Positions 9,361-17,540 of a stretch of DNA of 43,616 nucleotides are shown piece after piece. The translations under genes were made by a program, and so were the position numbers. Each line of letters begins with the position of its first letter. Within the stretch, counting starts at the first letter, position 1. This DNA is from Pseudomonadota bacterium (GTDB lineage Bacteria > Pseudomonadota > Gammaproteobacteria > Burkholderiales > Burkholderiaceae_B): the NCBI GenBank assembly GCA_023386765.1, contig JAEWJD010000151.1, positions 1-43,616 on the forward strand, in the 5' to 3' direction. The notes under the pieces were generated by a model. The model did not search any database and was not told where the DNA came from. It was given only the letters and a program-made list of their open reading frames with translations.

Positions 9361-10371
9361 ATGATCGACTACGCCCCCGGCAAGCCGGACTTCAATATTC
9401 TCAGGCTGGGCCATATCGAATACCTCGTGAGCGACCTGTCCCGCGCGCGGGACTTCTACGTCGATGTGATCGGCCTGTTCGAAACCGAATCCGATGCCGA
9501 CCATGTGTATCTGCGCGCCATCGAAGACCGGGAACACCATAGCGTGGTGCTGACCCGCGCCAGCGAACCCGGCATTGGTCATTTCAGTTTCCGCGTCTCG
9601 GAAGAGGAAGATCTGGATCGCCTGGCACACAAGTTCCAGGGCCTGGGCTTGCCGATACGCTGGCTGGAGCCCGGCCAGGAACGCGGCCAGGGCCGCGCAT
9701 TGCGGGTGCAGGATCCTTTCGGCTTTCCGGTGGAGTATTACGCCCAGATGGAGCAGGCGCCCTGGATGCTGCAGCAGTATCACCTGCACCGCCACGGCTG
9801 CCCGACCCGCCTGGACCACCTCAACGTGCTGGTGCCCGACGCCCAGGCCGGATTTGACTGGTACACCCGCGAGCTGGGTTTCTTCTGCTCGGAATACACC
9901 GTCTCGGCGCCCCCCGAGGAACGCGTATGGGCCAGCTGGCTCTATCGCAAGGCGACCATCCACGATATCGCCGTGATGACCGGGAAAGGCCCCACCGTGC
10001 ACCACGCCGGCTTCTCGCTCATGGAACCCATGGGCGTGATCCGGGCCTGCGACGCGCTGGCTGCCGCCGGCTATGCCGACAACATCGAACGCGGCCCGGC
10101 CCGCCACGGGATCTCAAACGCCCTGTTCGTCTACGTACGCGACCCCGATGGCAACCGTTTCGAGCTTTACACGGGCGACTACCTCACCGTCGACCGCGAC
10201 CAGACGCCCAAGCGATGGGAGCTGGACAACCCGCGCCGCCAAAGCCTGTGGGGCTCCCCCCCGCCGCGCCGCTGGTACGAAGAATCCATGAGCGTGACCT
10301 CCATCGTCGACGGCAGCCGCTTGCCGCTGACCGATCCCATCACGCGGGCCATTCCGACCTACGTGGACTGA
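9361..10371 (+). CDS. hpaD: 3,4-dihydroxyphenylacetate (homoprotocatechuate) 2,3-dioxygenase-like extradiol dioxygenase, VOC/glyoxalase fold
   Basis: ATG at 9361 after a CAGGAG RBS. Metal ligands in RLDHLN, VHHAGF and RFELY; IHDIA; ERGPARHGISNALFVYVRDPDGNRFELYTGDY matches the Brevibacterium/Bacillus-type HPCD segment. Confidence 0.9.
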   Translation: MIDYAPGKPDFNILRLGHIEYLVSDLSRARDFYVDVIGLFETESDADHVYLRAIEDREHHSVVLTRASEPGIGHFSFRVSEEEDLDRLAHKFQGLGLPIRWLEPGQERGQGRALRVQDPFGFPVEYYAQMEQAPWMLQQYHLHRHGCPTRLDHLNVLVPDAQAGFDWYTRELGFFCSEYTVSAPPEERVWASWLYRKATIHDIAVMTGKGPTVHHAGFSLMEPMGVIRACDALAAAGYADNIERGPARHGISNALFVYVRDPDGNRFELYTGDYLTVDRDQTPKRWELDNPRRQSLWGSPPPRRWYEESMSVTSIVDGSRLPLTDPITRAIPTYVD

Positions 10372-10399
10372 TTCCCCTTCCATTTCAGGAGCACCCGAC

Positions 10400-10795
10400 A
10401 TGGCTCGCCAAGTCATCATCCCGCCCACCGGCCTGCTGCCGCACCGTCCCTATTCGCCCGCCATCCAGGTCGATCGCCTGTTGTTCGTCTCCGGCCATAC
10501 CGGCTCGGATCCCATCACCCGCGAGATCGCCGCCGACATCACCGCACAGACCGAACTGGCTTTCCGGAACCTGCAATCGGTCATCGAGGCTGCCGGCGGC
10601 ACCCTGGCCGACGTCGCCAAGGTCACAATCTTCATGACCGACATGAGCGCCGACTTCGAGGGCATGAACGCCGTGTTCAAGCGGGTATTCCCGTCTGCGC
10701 CGCCGGCCCGCTCGACGGTCGGCGTGGCCCACCTTGCGCGGCCCGGCCTGAAGGTCGAGATCGAGGCCGTGGCCGTGATCGGCTCGGCGGCCTGA
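10400..10795 (+). CDS. RidA/YjgF/YER057c/UK114 family protein (enamine/imine deaminase)
   Basis: PYSPA, LFVSG, KVTIFMTDM, MNAVF, PPARSTVGV (catalytic Arg present), KVEIEAVA; RBS CAGGAG. Confidence 0.93.
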   Translation: MARQVIIPPTGLLPHRPYSPAIQVDRLLFVSGHTGSDPITREIAADITAQTELAFRNLQSVIEAAGGTLADVAKVTIFMTDMSADFEGMNAVFKRVFPSAPPARSTVGVAHLARPGLKVEIEAVAVIGSAA

Positions 10796-10817
10796 GACGC
10801 GGCGCGGGAGTCCCTTC

Positions 10818-11201
10818 ATGCAAAAAGAACTCATCGGCCACAGCGCGGCCGCCCCCCTGCCTCATGCCCCCGCCGTGGCCTGGCGCGACCTGGTGTTCAT
10901 CTCGGGCCAGGTCGGCTTTCTGCCCGGCACGCGTGACTTCGCACCCGACATCGAAAGCCAGACCCGCCAGGCCCTGCGGAACGTGCTGGATCTGCTGACG
11001 CAATCCGGTTGCCAGGCCGGCAACGTCCTGCAGATGACGATCCACATGACAGACATGATCGGCGAATTTCCCGCGATGAACGCCGTGTTCCGTGAGTTCT
11101 TCCCTGACAGGCCTCCCAGCCGAACCACGGTGGGCATCTCCCACCTCGGCCGCCCCGGTCTGAAGATCGAGATCGACGCCATTGCCGGGCGCGGCGCCTG
11201 A
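10818..11201 (+). CDS. Second RidA/YjgF family protein (tandem paralog)
   Basis: VFISGQVG, IESQTRQALRN, MTDM, MNAVFREFFP, PPSRTTVG (Arg present), LKIEIDAIA; RBS GGGAG. Confidence 0.93.
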   Translation: MQKELIGHSAAAPLPHAPAVAWRDLVFISGQVGFLPGTRDFAPDIESQTRQALRNVLDLLTQSGCQAGNVLQMTIHMTDMIGEFPAMNAVFREFFPDRPPSRTTVGISHLGRPGLKIEIDAIAGRGA

Positions 11202-11245
11202 GCCGCTCTCCCCCTTTTCCCTCAAGCTACAAAGAGATTGCAGTC

Positions 11246-12706
11246 ATGATTCCCCATCTGATCGACGGCAAGGAAGTCGCAGGCGCGGCCGTGCTGGAGA
11301 ACCTCAACCCGGCCACGGGCGAGGTACTGGCCGAGGTCGCGCTGGGCGGCGAGCGCGAAGTTGCCCTGGCCGTGGCGGCCGCGAAGGCCGCGTTTCCCAA
11401 ATGGGCAGGGCTGCCCGCCAAGGAGCGGGCCCGCATCATGCGCCGGCTGGGCGATCTGATCGACCAGCACGTGCCGGAACTGGCCGCCCTGGAAACCGAA
11501 GACACGGGCCTGCCCATCCACCAGACCTCGCAACAACTCATCCCGCGCGCCAGCGAGAATTTCTATTTCTTCTCCGAGGTCGCCACCCGCATCAATGGCC
11601 AGACGTTCCCCGTCGCCGCCAGCATGCTGAACTACACCCTGTTGCAGCCGGTCGGCGTATGCGGCCTGATTTCACCCTGGAACGTGCCGCTCATGACGGC
11701 CACCTGGAAGGTGGCCCCGTGCCTGGCGCTGGGCAACACGGCCGTGCTGAAGATGTCGGAGCTGTCTCCCATGACCGCCGACCGTCTCGGGCGACTCGCG
11801 ATGGAAGCCGGCGTGCCCAAGGGCGTCCTGAACATCGTGCACGGCTACGGCAGCGAGGCCGGCGATGCGCTGGTCAGACACCCCGATGTACGCACCATTT
11901 CCTTCACCGGCGGCACCGCCACCGGCCGGCGCATCGCCGAGCGCGCCGGCATCAAACGCCTGTCGATGGAGCTGGGCGGCAAGTCGCCGGTACTGGTCTT
12001 TGACGACGCCGACCTCGAACGCGCCCTGGACGCGGCGTTGTTCACCATTTTCTCCATCAATGGCGAACGTTGCACGGCCGGTTCACGCATCTTTGTGCAG
12101 CGTTCCATCCATGACCGCTTCGCGCAGGCGTTCGCCGAACGCGCCAAGCGCCTGCGCGTGGGCGATCCGCGCGACCCGGACACCAATGTCGGGGCGATGA
12201 TCACCCGGGCACACTGGGAGAAGGTCACCCGCTATATCGATATCGGCCAGCGCGAAGGCGCCACGGTCGCTGCCGGCGGCGGCACGCCCGAAGGGCTGCC
12301 GGCACGCGTGGCCAAAGGCAACTTCGTGCAACCGACGGTGCTCACCGGCGTGGACAACCGCATGCGCGTGGCTCAGGAGGAGATCTTCGGTCCCGTGGTG
12401 TGCATCATCCCGTTCGACGACGAGGACCAGGGCCTGGCGCTGGCCAACGACAGCAAGTACGGCCTGGCCTCTTATGTCTGGACGCAGGATGTCGGCAAGG
12501 CGCACCGCCTGGCGGCTGGCATCGAGGCCGGCATGGTGTTCGTCAACAGCCAGAACGTACGCGACCTGCGCCAACCGTTCGGCGGCATCAAGGATTCGGG
12601 CGTCGGCCGCGAAGGCGGCGACGCCAGCCTGGAAGCCTTCTGCGAGATGAAGAACGTCTGCATCTCGATGGGCAGCCACTCGATTCCCCGCTGGGGCGTT
12701 GCCTGA
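11246..12706 (+). CDS. hpaE: 5-carboxymethyl-2-hydroxymuconate semialdehyde dehydrogenase
   Basis: ALDH motifs SPWNVP, KMSELSP, FTGGTATG, MELGGKSP, INGERCTAGSR, QEEIFGPV. HpaE-type segments NSQNVRDLRQPFGG and C-terminal HSIPRWG. Confidence 0.94.
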   Translation: MIPHLIDGKEVAGAAVLENLNPATGEVLAEVALGGEREVALAVAAAKAAFPKWAGLPAKERARIMRRLGDLIDQHVPELAALETEDTGLPIHQTSQQLIPRASENFYFFSEVATRINGQTFPVAASMLNYTLLQPVGVCGLISPWNVPLMTATWKVAPCLALGNTAVLKMSELSPMTADRLGRLAMEAGVPKGVLNIVHGYGSEAGDALVRHPDVRTISFTGGTATGRRIAERAGIKRLSMELGGKSPVLVFDDADLERALDAALFTIFSINGERCTAGSRIFVQRSIHDRFAQAFAERAKRLRVGDPRDPDTNVGAMITRAHWEKVTRYIDIGQREGATVAAGGGTPEGLPARVAKGNFVQPTVLTGVDNRMRVAQEEIFGPVVCIIPFDDEDQGLALANDSKYGLASYVWTQDVGKAHRLAAGIEAGMVFVNSQNVRDLRQPFGGIKDSGVGREGGDASLEAFCEMKNVCISMGSHSIPRWGVA

Positions 12707-12755
12707 GTCCACCCGGGCGGCACTGCCGTCCGATCCTGCATCACCGGAGAACACC

Positions 12756-13151
12756 ATGCCCCATATCTGGGTGGAATATTCCACCAACCTCGTGCCCGAG
12801 CTGGACGTCACCGCCCTGTTGCGCGTCACGCAGGATGCCGTCATCGACGACGGCAGCGTCTATCCCCTGGCCGGCGCACGCACCCGTGGCGTGCCTGTCG
12901 CACAGTATCTGATCGTCGACGGCCACCCCGACAACAGCTTCGTCCATGTGCTCGTGCGCATCGGCGCTGGCCGCCCGCCCGAGGAGAAGCAGCGCATGGG
13001 GCAAAGGGCATTCGATGCCGTGCGGCGTCATCTGGCGCCGTTGGCCGACCGCCGCCCGCTGGGTTTGTCGTTGCAGATCGAAGAGGCAGATCCGGTATGC
13101 AACTACAAAAGCAACAACTATCGCGATTATCTCGCTGCCCGGGCGCGCTGA
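12756..13151 (+). CDS. hpaF: 5-carboxymethyl-2-hydroxymuconate delta-isomerase (tautomerase superfamily)
   Basis: ATG at 12756 after GGAGA gives MPHIWVEYSTNL, with the catalytic Pro1 after Met removal; YPLAGARTR, FVHV..RIGAGR, NYKSNN. Confidence 0.92.
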   Translation: MPHIWVEYSTNLVPELDVTALLRVTQDAVIDDGSVYPLAGARTRGVPVAQYLIVDGHPDNSFVHVLVRIGAGRPPEEKQRMGQRAFDAVRRHLAPLADRRPLGLSLQIEEADPVCNYKSNNYRDYLAARAR

Positions 13152-13200
13152 CGCGCCCGCTTGCCACGCGGCCGCCACCGCCGCGGCCCAGGAGACCATC

Positions 13201-13884
13201 ATGCAGGGCCCTCTCGATTTCCCGTCGCTGAGCCAATGGCGCTCCAGCGACGCGCCACGCACCGTGCTCGGCGCCATCCTGAATCACCGCCAGGCCTATG
13301 ACGCGCTGCGCCCGGCCATGGACCAAGCGCCCTACAAGGCGCCGCCGGCCAGCCCCGTGCTGTACATCAAACCCGCCAATACCTATGCCGCCGACGGCGA
13401 CCCGATCCTGGTGCCGGCCGATCTCACCCACGTGGAGGTGAACGCCTGCCTGGGCGTGGTCATCGGCAAGCCGGCCAGCCGGCTCGAGGCCGCCGATGCC
13501 CTCAATCATGTCCGGGGATACCGGATCGTGGCCGAGCTGTCCGCCCCCCATGACCAGTATTTCCGTCCGGCCATCAAGCAGCGCTGCCGTGACGGATTCT
13601 GCCCCATGGGTCCGGTCCTGCCGGCCGACGCCATTGCCTCGCCCGACCAGCTTCGCATCGCCCTGCGCGTGGATGGCGTGCCCGTGCAGGAAAGCAGCAC
13701 GCGCGATCTGCGCCTGGGCGTGGCGGAGTTGATTGCCGCGGTCACGGCCTTCATGCGCCTGGAGGCCGGTGATGTGCTGCTCATCGGCGGCGCGCCGCAA
13801 GCCCCGCGCCTGACGGCCGGCCAGCGCTACGAGATAGAAATCGAAGGCCTGGGCCGCCTGTCCAATCCGCTGCAACGCGCCTGA
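13201..13884 (+). CDS. hpaG: HpaG N-terminal subunit (4-hydroxyphenylacetate degradation isomerase/decarboxylase, FAH family)
   Basis: ATG at 13201 after CAGGAG; TVLGAILNH, PYKAPPASPVLYIKPANT, YFRPAIKQRCRDGFCPMGP, IEGLGRLSN. Confidence 0.9.
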   Translation: MQGPLDFPSLSQWRSSDAPRTVLGAILNHRQAYDALRPAMDQAPYKAPPASPVLYIKPANTYAADGDPILVPADLTHVEVNACLGVVIGKPASRLEAADALNHVRGYRIVAELSAPHDQYFRPAIKQRCRDGFCPMGPVLPADAIASPDQLRIALRVDGVPVQESSTRDLRLGVAELIAAVTAFMRLEAGDVLLIGGAPQAPRLTAGQRYEIEIEGLGRLSNPLQRA

Positions 13885-13913
13885 TCCCGCGCCGCCTCCC
13901 TGCCGAGACCCCC

Positions 13914-14657
13914 ATGAAACACGCACGCATTGTTTTCGAAGATACCCTCCATTACGCCACCGAGGCCGGCCCTGGCCTGCTTGCCCTGGCCGACGGCCGG
14001 CGCGTCCCTGAGGATCTGGTCCGGTGGCTGCCGCCGATCGAACCGCGCACCACGTTCACGCTGGCGATCAACTATGCCGACCATGCGCGCGAACTCGCCT
14101 TCAAGGCGCCGGCGGAACCGCTGGGCTTCCTGAAGGCAGCCAACACCTTTGTCGGGCATCGCGCCCAGACACGGCGGCCGGCGGATGTGGCCTTCATGCA
14201 CTATGAATGCGAGCTGGCCGTCGTCATCGGCCGGACCGCACGCAACGTGGCACGCGAACACGCCTACGAGGTCGTCGCCGGCTACACGATCGCCAACGAC
14301 TATGCGCTGCGCGACTACCTGGAGAACTGGTACCGCCCGAACCTGCGCGTCAAGAGCCGCGACACCTGCACGCCGCTCGGTCCCTGGCTGGTCGAGCGCG
14401 ACGATATCCCCGACCCCATGAACCTGAACCTGCGCACCACGGTCAATGGGGAGGTGACACAGCGTGGCAATACGCGCGACATGGTGTTCGACATCCCGGC
14501 GCTGATCGCCTACTTCAGCAGTTTCATGACCCTGTCGCCCGGCGACATGATCCTCACGGGCACACCGGACGGCATCGTCAACGTACAGGCCGGTGATGAA
14601 GTCGTCACCGAGATCGAAGGCATCGGCCGCCTGGTCAACACCTTGATACCCGGCTGA
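13914..14657 (+). CDS. hpaG: HpaG C-terminal subunit (5-oxopent-3-ene-1,2,5-tricarboxylate decarboxylase, FAH family)
   Basis: MKHARI, INYADHA.EL, MHYECELAVVIG, ANDYALRDYLENWYRPNLRVKSRD, GDMILTGTP. Confidence 0.93.
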   Translation: MKHARIVFEDTLHYATEAGPGLLALADGRRVPEDLVRWLPPIEPRTTFTLAINYADHARELAFKAPAEPLGFLKAANTFVGHRAQTRRPADVAFMHYECELAVVIGRTARNVAREHAYEVVAGYTIANDYALRDYLENWYRPNLRVKSRDTCTPLGPWLVERDDIPDPMNLNLRTTVNGEVTQRGNTRDMVFDIPALIAYFSSFMTLSPGDMILTGTPDGIVNVQAGDEVVTEIEGIGRLVNTLIPG

Positions 14658-14744
14658 GCCCCGCGTCATGCCTGCCCTGCCGCACCGCGCCCGGCTGCTG
14701 GCGGCCGGCCCTGCCAGCCCCGCGCCAGCGCTTCTGCCCGAACG

Positions 14745-14750
14745 TATAAT
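14745..14750 (+). promoter_or_regulatory. Putative sigma70 -10 element for the Crp/Fnr regulator gene
   Basis: Perfect TATAAT in a very GC-rich context, 35 nt upstream of the GTG at 14785; no clear -35. Confidence 0.45.
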
Positions 14751-14784
14751 CGGGGTCCGAATACTACCCGGAGCAGAGGGCATC

Positions 14785-15492
14785 GTGGCCAGACACGGCA
14801 GTGGCCCGGCGCAGCATGTCGCCACCGAGACCTGGTTGCCTCAGGGCGAGCAGGCCGCCTACCTGCGATCCCTGACGCATATGGGGCAGTCCTTTCTGCT
14901 GCCCTGCGGTGCCAGCCTGTTCACCCAGGGGCAGATCGAGAATGACTTCTACGTCATCCTCAGCGGCAAGGTCCAGGTCCACATGCTGAGCGAGGATGGG
15001 CACGAGTCCATCCTCAACATCATGGGGCCGGGCAGCCTGATCGGCGAAGCCGCCGCCTTCCTGCAGCAGCCGCGCTACGCCAATGCCCGCGCCATCGAAG
15101 ACTCCACGTTGCTGCGCTTTGCCACCGACCGGATCCCCGAGCTGGTGCGCGCCGATCCCAACTTCGCCCTGGCCCTGCTGTATCTCCTGAGCGTCAAGCA
15201 ACGCCAGATGGTTTCCCGCCTGCGCCAGGCCATCTTCGACCCGCCCGAGCAACGCGTCCTGCAGTTCCTGGAACAATTCCGTCGCACCCATGCCGACTCC
15301 GCGCAGCCCGACGCGCCGATCACCGTCAACCTGACGCATGAACAGATCGGGAATCTCACGGACCTGTCGCGCGTGACGGTCACGCGCGTGCTGAGCAAGC
15401 TCAAGCGCGCCGGGATGATCGACTTCACAGGCAAGAAAATCCTGCTGTTGCCGGAAGGCTTTGACCCCGCCGCCGCCCTGCCTCCAGCTTGA
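14785..15492 (+). CDS. Crp/Fnr family transcriptional regulator with NtcA-like recognition helix
   Basis: cNMP-binding fold ([34 protein letters not shown]) and [27 protein letters not shown]. Start is uncertain: GTG 14785 preferred (GGAG/GAGGG upstream, TATAAT before it); the ORF track starts at 14668. Confidence 0.92.
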   Translation: MARHGSGPAQHVATETWLPQGEQAAYLRSLTHMGQSFLLPCGASLFTQGQIENDFYVILSGKVQVHMLSEDGHESILNIMGPGSLIGEAAAFLQQPRYANARAIEDSTLLRFATDRIPELVRADPNFALALLYLLSVKQRQMVSRLRQAIFDPPEQRVLQFLEQFRRTHADSAQPDAPITVNLTHEQIGNLTDLSRVTVTRVLSKLKRAGMIDFTGKKILLLPEGFDPAAALPPA

Positions 15493-15548
15493 ATTCAGCC
15501 GGCAGCCTGGCTAAGGTAGCTGTCTTGCCCTTTTCCGGGATACCCCGC

Positions 15549-16136
15549 ATGCAAGCCACCCTTTCCGATAGCGCCCCGGTCGATGACACGGTGGCGCAGA
15601 TCAAGGCCATCCTGGCTGGCCAGACACTGACGCGGGCGGCGCTGGCCCAGGTGCTCGATACCCTGCAAGCCCTGGCCGCGCATCCCCAATGGCGCGACGC
15701 GCAGCGCTATCCGGCACCGGCGCCGCAGGCGTTGCAGGCCCGCTATCTGATCCACGAAGACCCCGACCGCTCGTATGCCTTGTATCTGAACGTGATGCGG
15801 CCGGGCAAGAAAAGCGCTCCGCACAACCACACCACGTGGGCCTGCATCGCGGCCGCTGAAGGGGTGGAATACAACCACACCTATCGGCGCGAGGACGATG
15901 GCAGTGAACCCGGCCGCGCCACGCTCATGCATACCGGCACCGTGGCGGTCGCCCCGGGCATGGGCCTGGCGTTGATGCCCGAGGACATCCATGCCGTGCA
16001 GATCGAGGGCGCTGCGCCGATCCGGCACCTGCACATGTATGGGCGCGCCCTGGAAACGCTGGATCGCCGGCTGGCCTTCGACCTGGCCAACGGCACCTGC
16101 CATGTCCGCGATGTCGGGGTGACGACCCGGCGCTAG
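15549..16136 (+). CDS. Cysteine/thiol dioxygenase-like cupin
   Basis: 3-His cupin motifs PHNHTTW and DIHAV, plus HLHMYG; ATG at 15549. Confidence 0.85.
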   Translation: MQATLSDSAPVDDTVAQIKAILAGQTLTRAALAQVLDTLQALAAHPQWRDAQRYPAPAPQALQARYLIHEDPDRSYALYLNVMRPGKKSAPHNHTTWACIAAAEGVEYNHTYRREDDGSEPGRATLMHTGTVAVAPGMGLALMPEDIHAVQIEGAAPIRHLHMYGRALETLDRRLAFDLANGTCHVRDVGVTTRR

Positions 16137-16522
16137 GGCCGGCGCAGCATTTCCCAGCGCAGACAATGCACCGAGGTATGCTCGCCCTCCCGGCTGTACC
16201 AGCAGTCAAAGCCCGCGCGGGCCTGGCCATCCTCGAACGGAAAGGCGAAGTCGTAGCGGGCCGGAATCACGATATTCAGGCCCGCGTCGTGAAAACCGAT
16301 CCTGCCGTTGTCCACGAAGCGCGCCAGCCCTTCCTGGATATAGTCGGGTCCGTTGTCATACAGAAAAGGGCGCAACAGCGGCCGCTGTTGCGCATCGGCA
16401 TAGACCCAGCCCTGTGCGTCGCGCTGCAGCGTGACGCCGTCCGGCAGCTGCGCCGCGGCCCCGGCGCAGCAAGCCAGCATCAGCAACGCCGCACTGGCGG
16501 TAAGGCGAAAACAGGCAGGCAT
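16133..16522 (-). CDS. Small exported WG-repeat (KWG-like) protein
   Basis: Signal peptide; [22 protein letters not shown]...[25 protein letters not shown]; shares a CTAG stop overlap with the convergent cupin gene. Confidence 0.8.
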   Translation of the reverse strand: MPACFRLTASAALLMLACCAGAAAQLPDGVTLQRDAQGWVYADAQQRPLLRPFLYDNGPDYIQEGLARFVDNGRIGFHDAGLNIVIPARYDFAFPFEDGQARAGFDCWYSREGEHTSVHCLRWEMLRRP

Positions 16523-16548
16523 CTCATCTCCAGGCGTCGGCCCAGGGG

Positions 16549-17256
16549 TTACTCCACTTCCTTGTCGACGTGCTGCACCACCAGGTCAATCACGCGCTGC
16601 GTGTTCTTGGAGGCCAGCGCCTCGATGATGGCGCAATGCTCCTGGTGCAGGGTCTGCTTGCTCTCCGGCACGAAGCCATAGACACGCCAGGCCTGTATCC
16701 AGAGTTGATGGATCTGGCGCTGCAACGCCGACAGAATCGGATTACCCGCCAGCTCGGCTACCTTGGCCTCGAAACTGAGGTCCAGGCCCGCATTCTCCTC
16801 GAATTCTCCCTTGGCCGTCTGGTCCTGGGCGTTCTCATCGATAAGCTCTTTGAGCGCACGGATGCCGCCCTTGTTCACCTTGCCGGCGTACGCCTCGAAG
16901 ATGGCGCGCTCGATGGCGGTGCGGGCCGCGATCAGATGCTGCATGAAATCATGATCCACGCCATGCGCCAGCAGGCCGTTGAGGCTTTCAGAGGCGACAC
17001 CGCTGACCGGTTTTTCGACGAAATAGGTACCGCTGCCCACGCGCGTCTCGATCCGCCCCGCCGCCTCTAGCACTTTGAGGGCCTGACGGATGGACGAACG
17101 GCTGACGGAAAAACTCTCGGAGAGTTCGCGCTCCGAGGGCAGACGGTCTCCGATCTGAAATTGACCGCTGTTCAGCAGGTTCTCCAGTTGCTGGCAGACC
17201 TCCTGAAAGATATCGGTGCGCTTGATCGGAAGCATGGAAAATCGCGTCTTGCTCAT
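16549..17256 (-). CDS. GntR family, FadR subfamily transcriptional regulator
   Basis: wHTH GDRLPSERELSESFSVSRSSIRQALKVLEAAGRIETRVGSGTYF; FCD-like C-terminus (AGNPIL, EHCAIIEAL); ATG at 17256 after GAGG. Confidence 0.93.
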   Translation of the reverse strand: MSKTRFSMLPIKRTDIFQEVCQQLENLLNSGQFQIGDRLPSERELSESFSVSRSSIRQALKVLEAAGRIETRVGSGTYFVEKPVSGVASESLNGLLAHGVDHDFMQHLIAARTAIERAIFEAYAGKVNKGGIRALKELIDENAQDQTAKGEFEENAGLDLSFEAKVAELAGNPILSALQRQIHQLWIQAWRVYGFVPESKQTLHQEHCAIIEALASKNTQRVIDLVVQHVDKEVE

Positions 17257-17371
17257 GATGGCCTCGGGCGAAACTAGGGATGCAGGCGCGCCAACCACTC
17301 AAGACTGGTACATCTGGGCACGGTACAGGCTGCCAAAATCTCAAGACGTGGGACTTTACCATTGTTCCCCG

Positions 17372-17388
17372 AAATGGTCCGTCCACTT
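17372..17388. promoter_or_regulatory. Putative FadR-type operator 1
   Basis: AAATGGTCCGTCCACTT, an imperfect palindrome close to the FadR-subfamily TGGTCnGACCA motif, in the divergent intergenic region. Confidence 0.6.
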
Positions 17389-17443
17389 TGCCTTGCCGTG
17401 CTTCTTTGACGGCGTCAATCGGGGCAATCCTGGGGTAATTGGT

Positions 17444-17460
17444 AAGTTGTCAGACCACTT
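17444..17460. promoter_or_regulatory. Putative FadR-type operator 2
   Basis: AAGTTGTCAGACCACTT, an imperfect 17-bp palindrome of the same motif as 17372-17388. Confidence 0.65.
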
Positions 17461-17540
17461 TTAGTCCGATAGCATACCAGTCAGATCGGCGCGATCCGGC
17501 TCCGCCAACGCCGCGCCATGCACACCAGGAGAACACAGCA

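Noticed and set aside
17406..17418. TTGACG-G-CGTCAA palindrome as back-to-back -35 elements
   Set aside because: No convincing -10 at 16-18 nt spacing on either strand.
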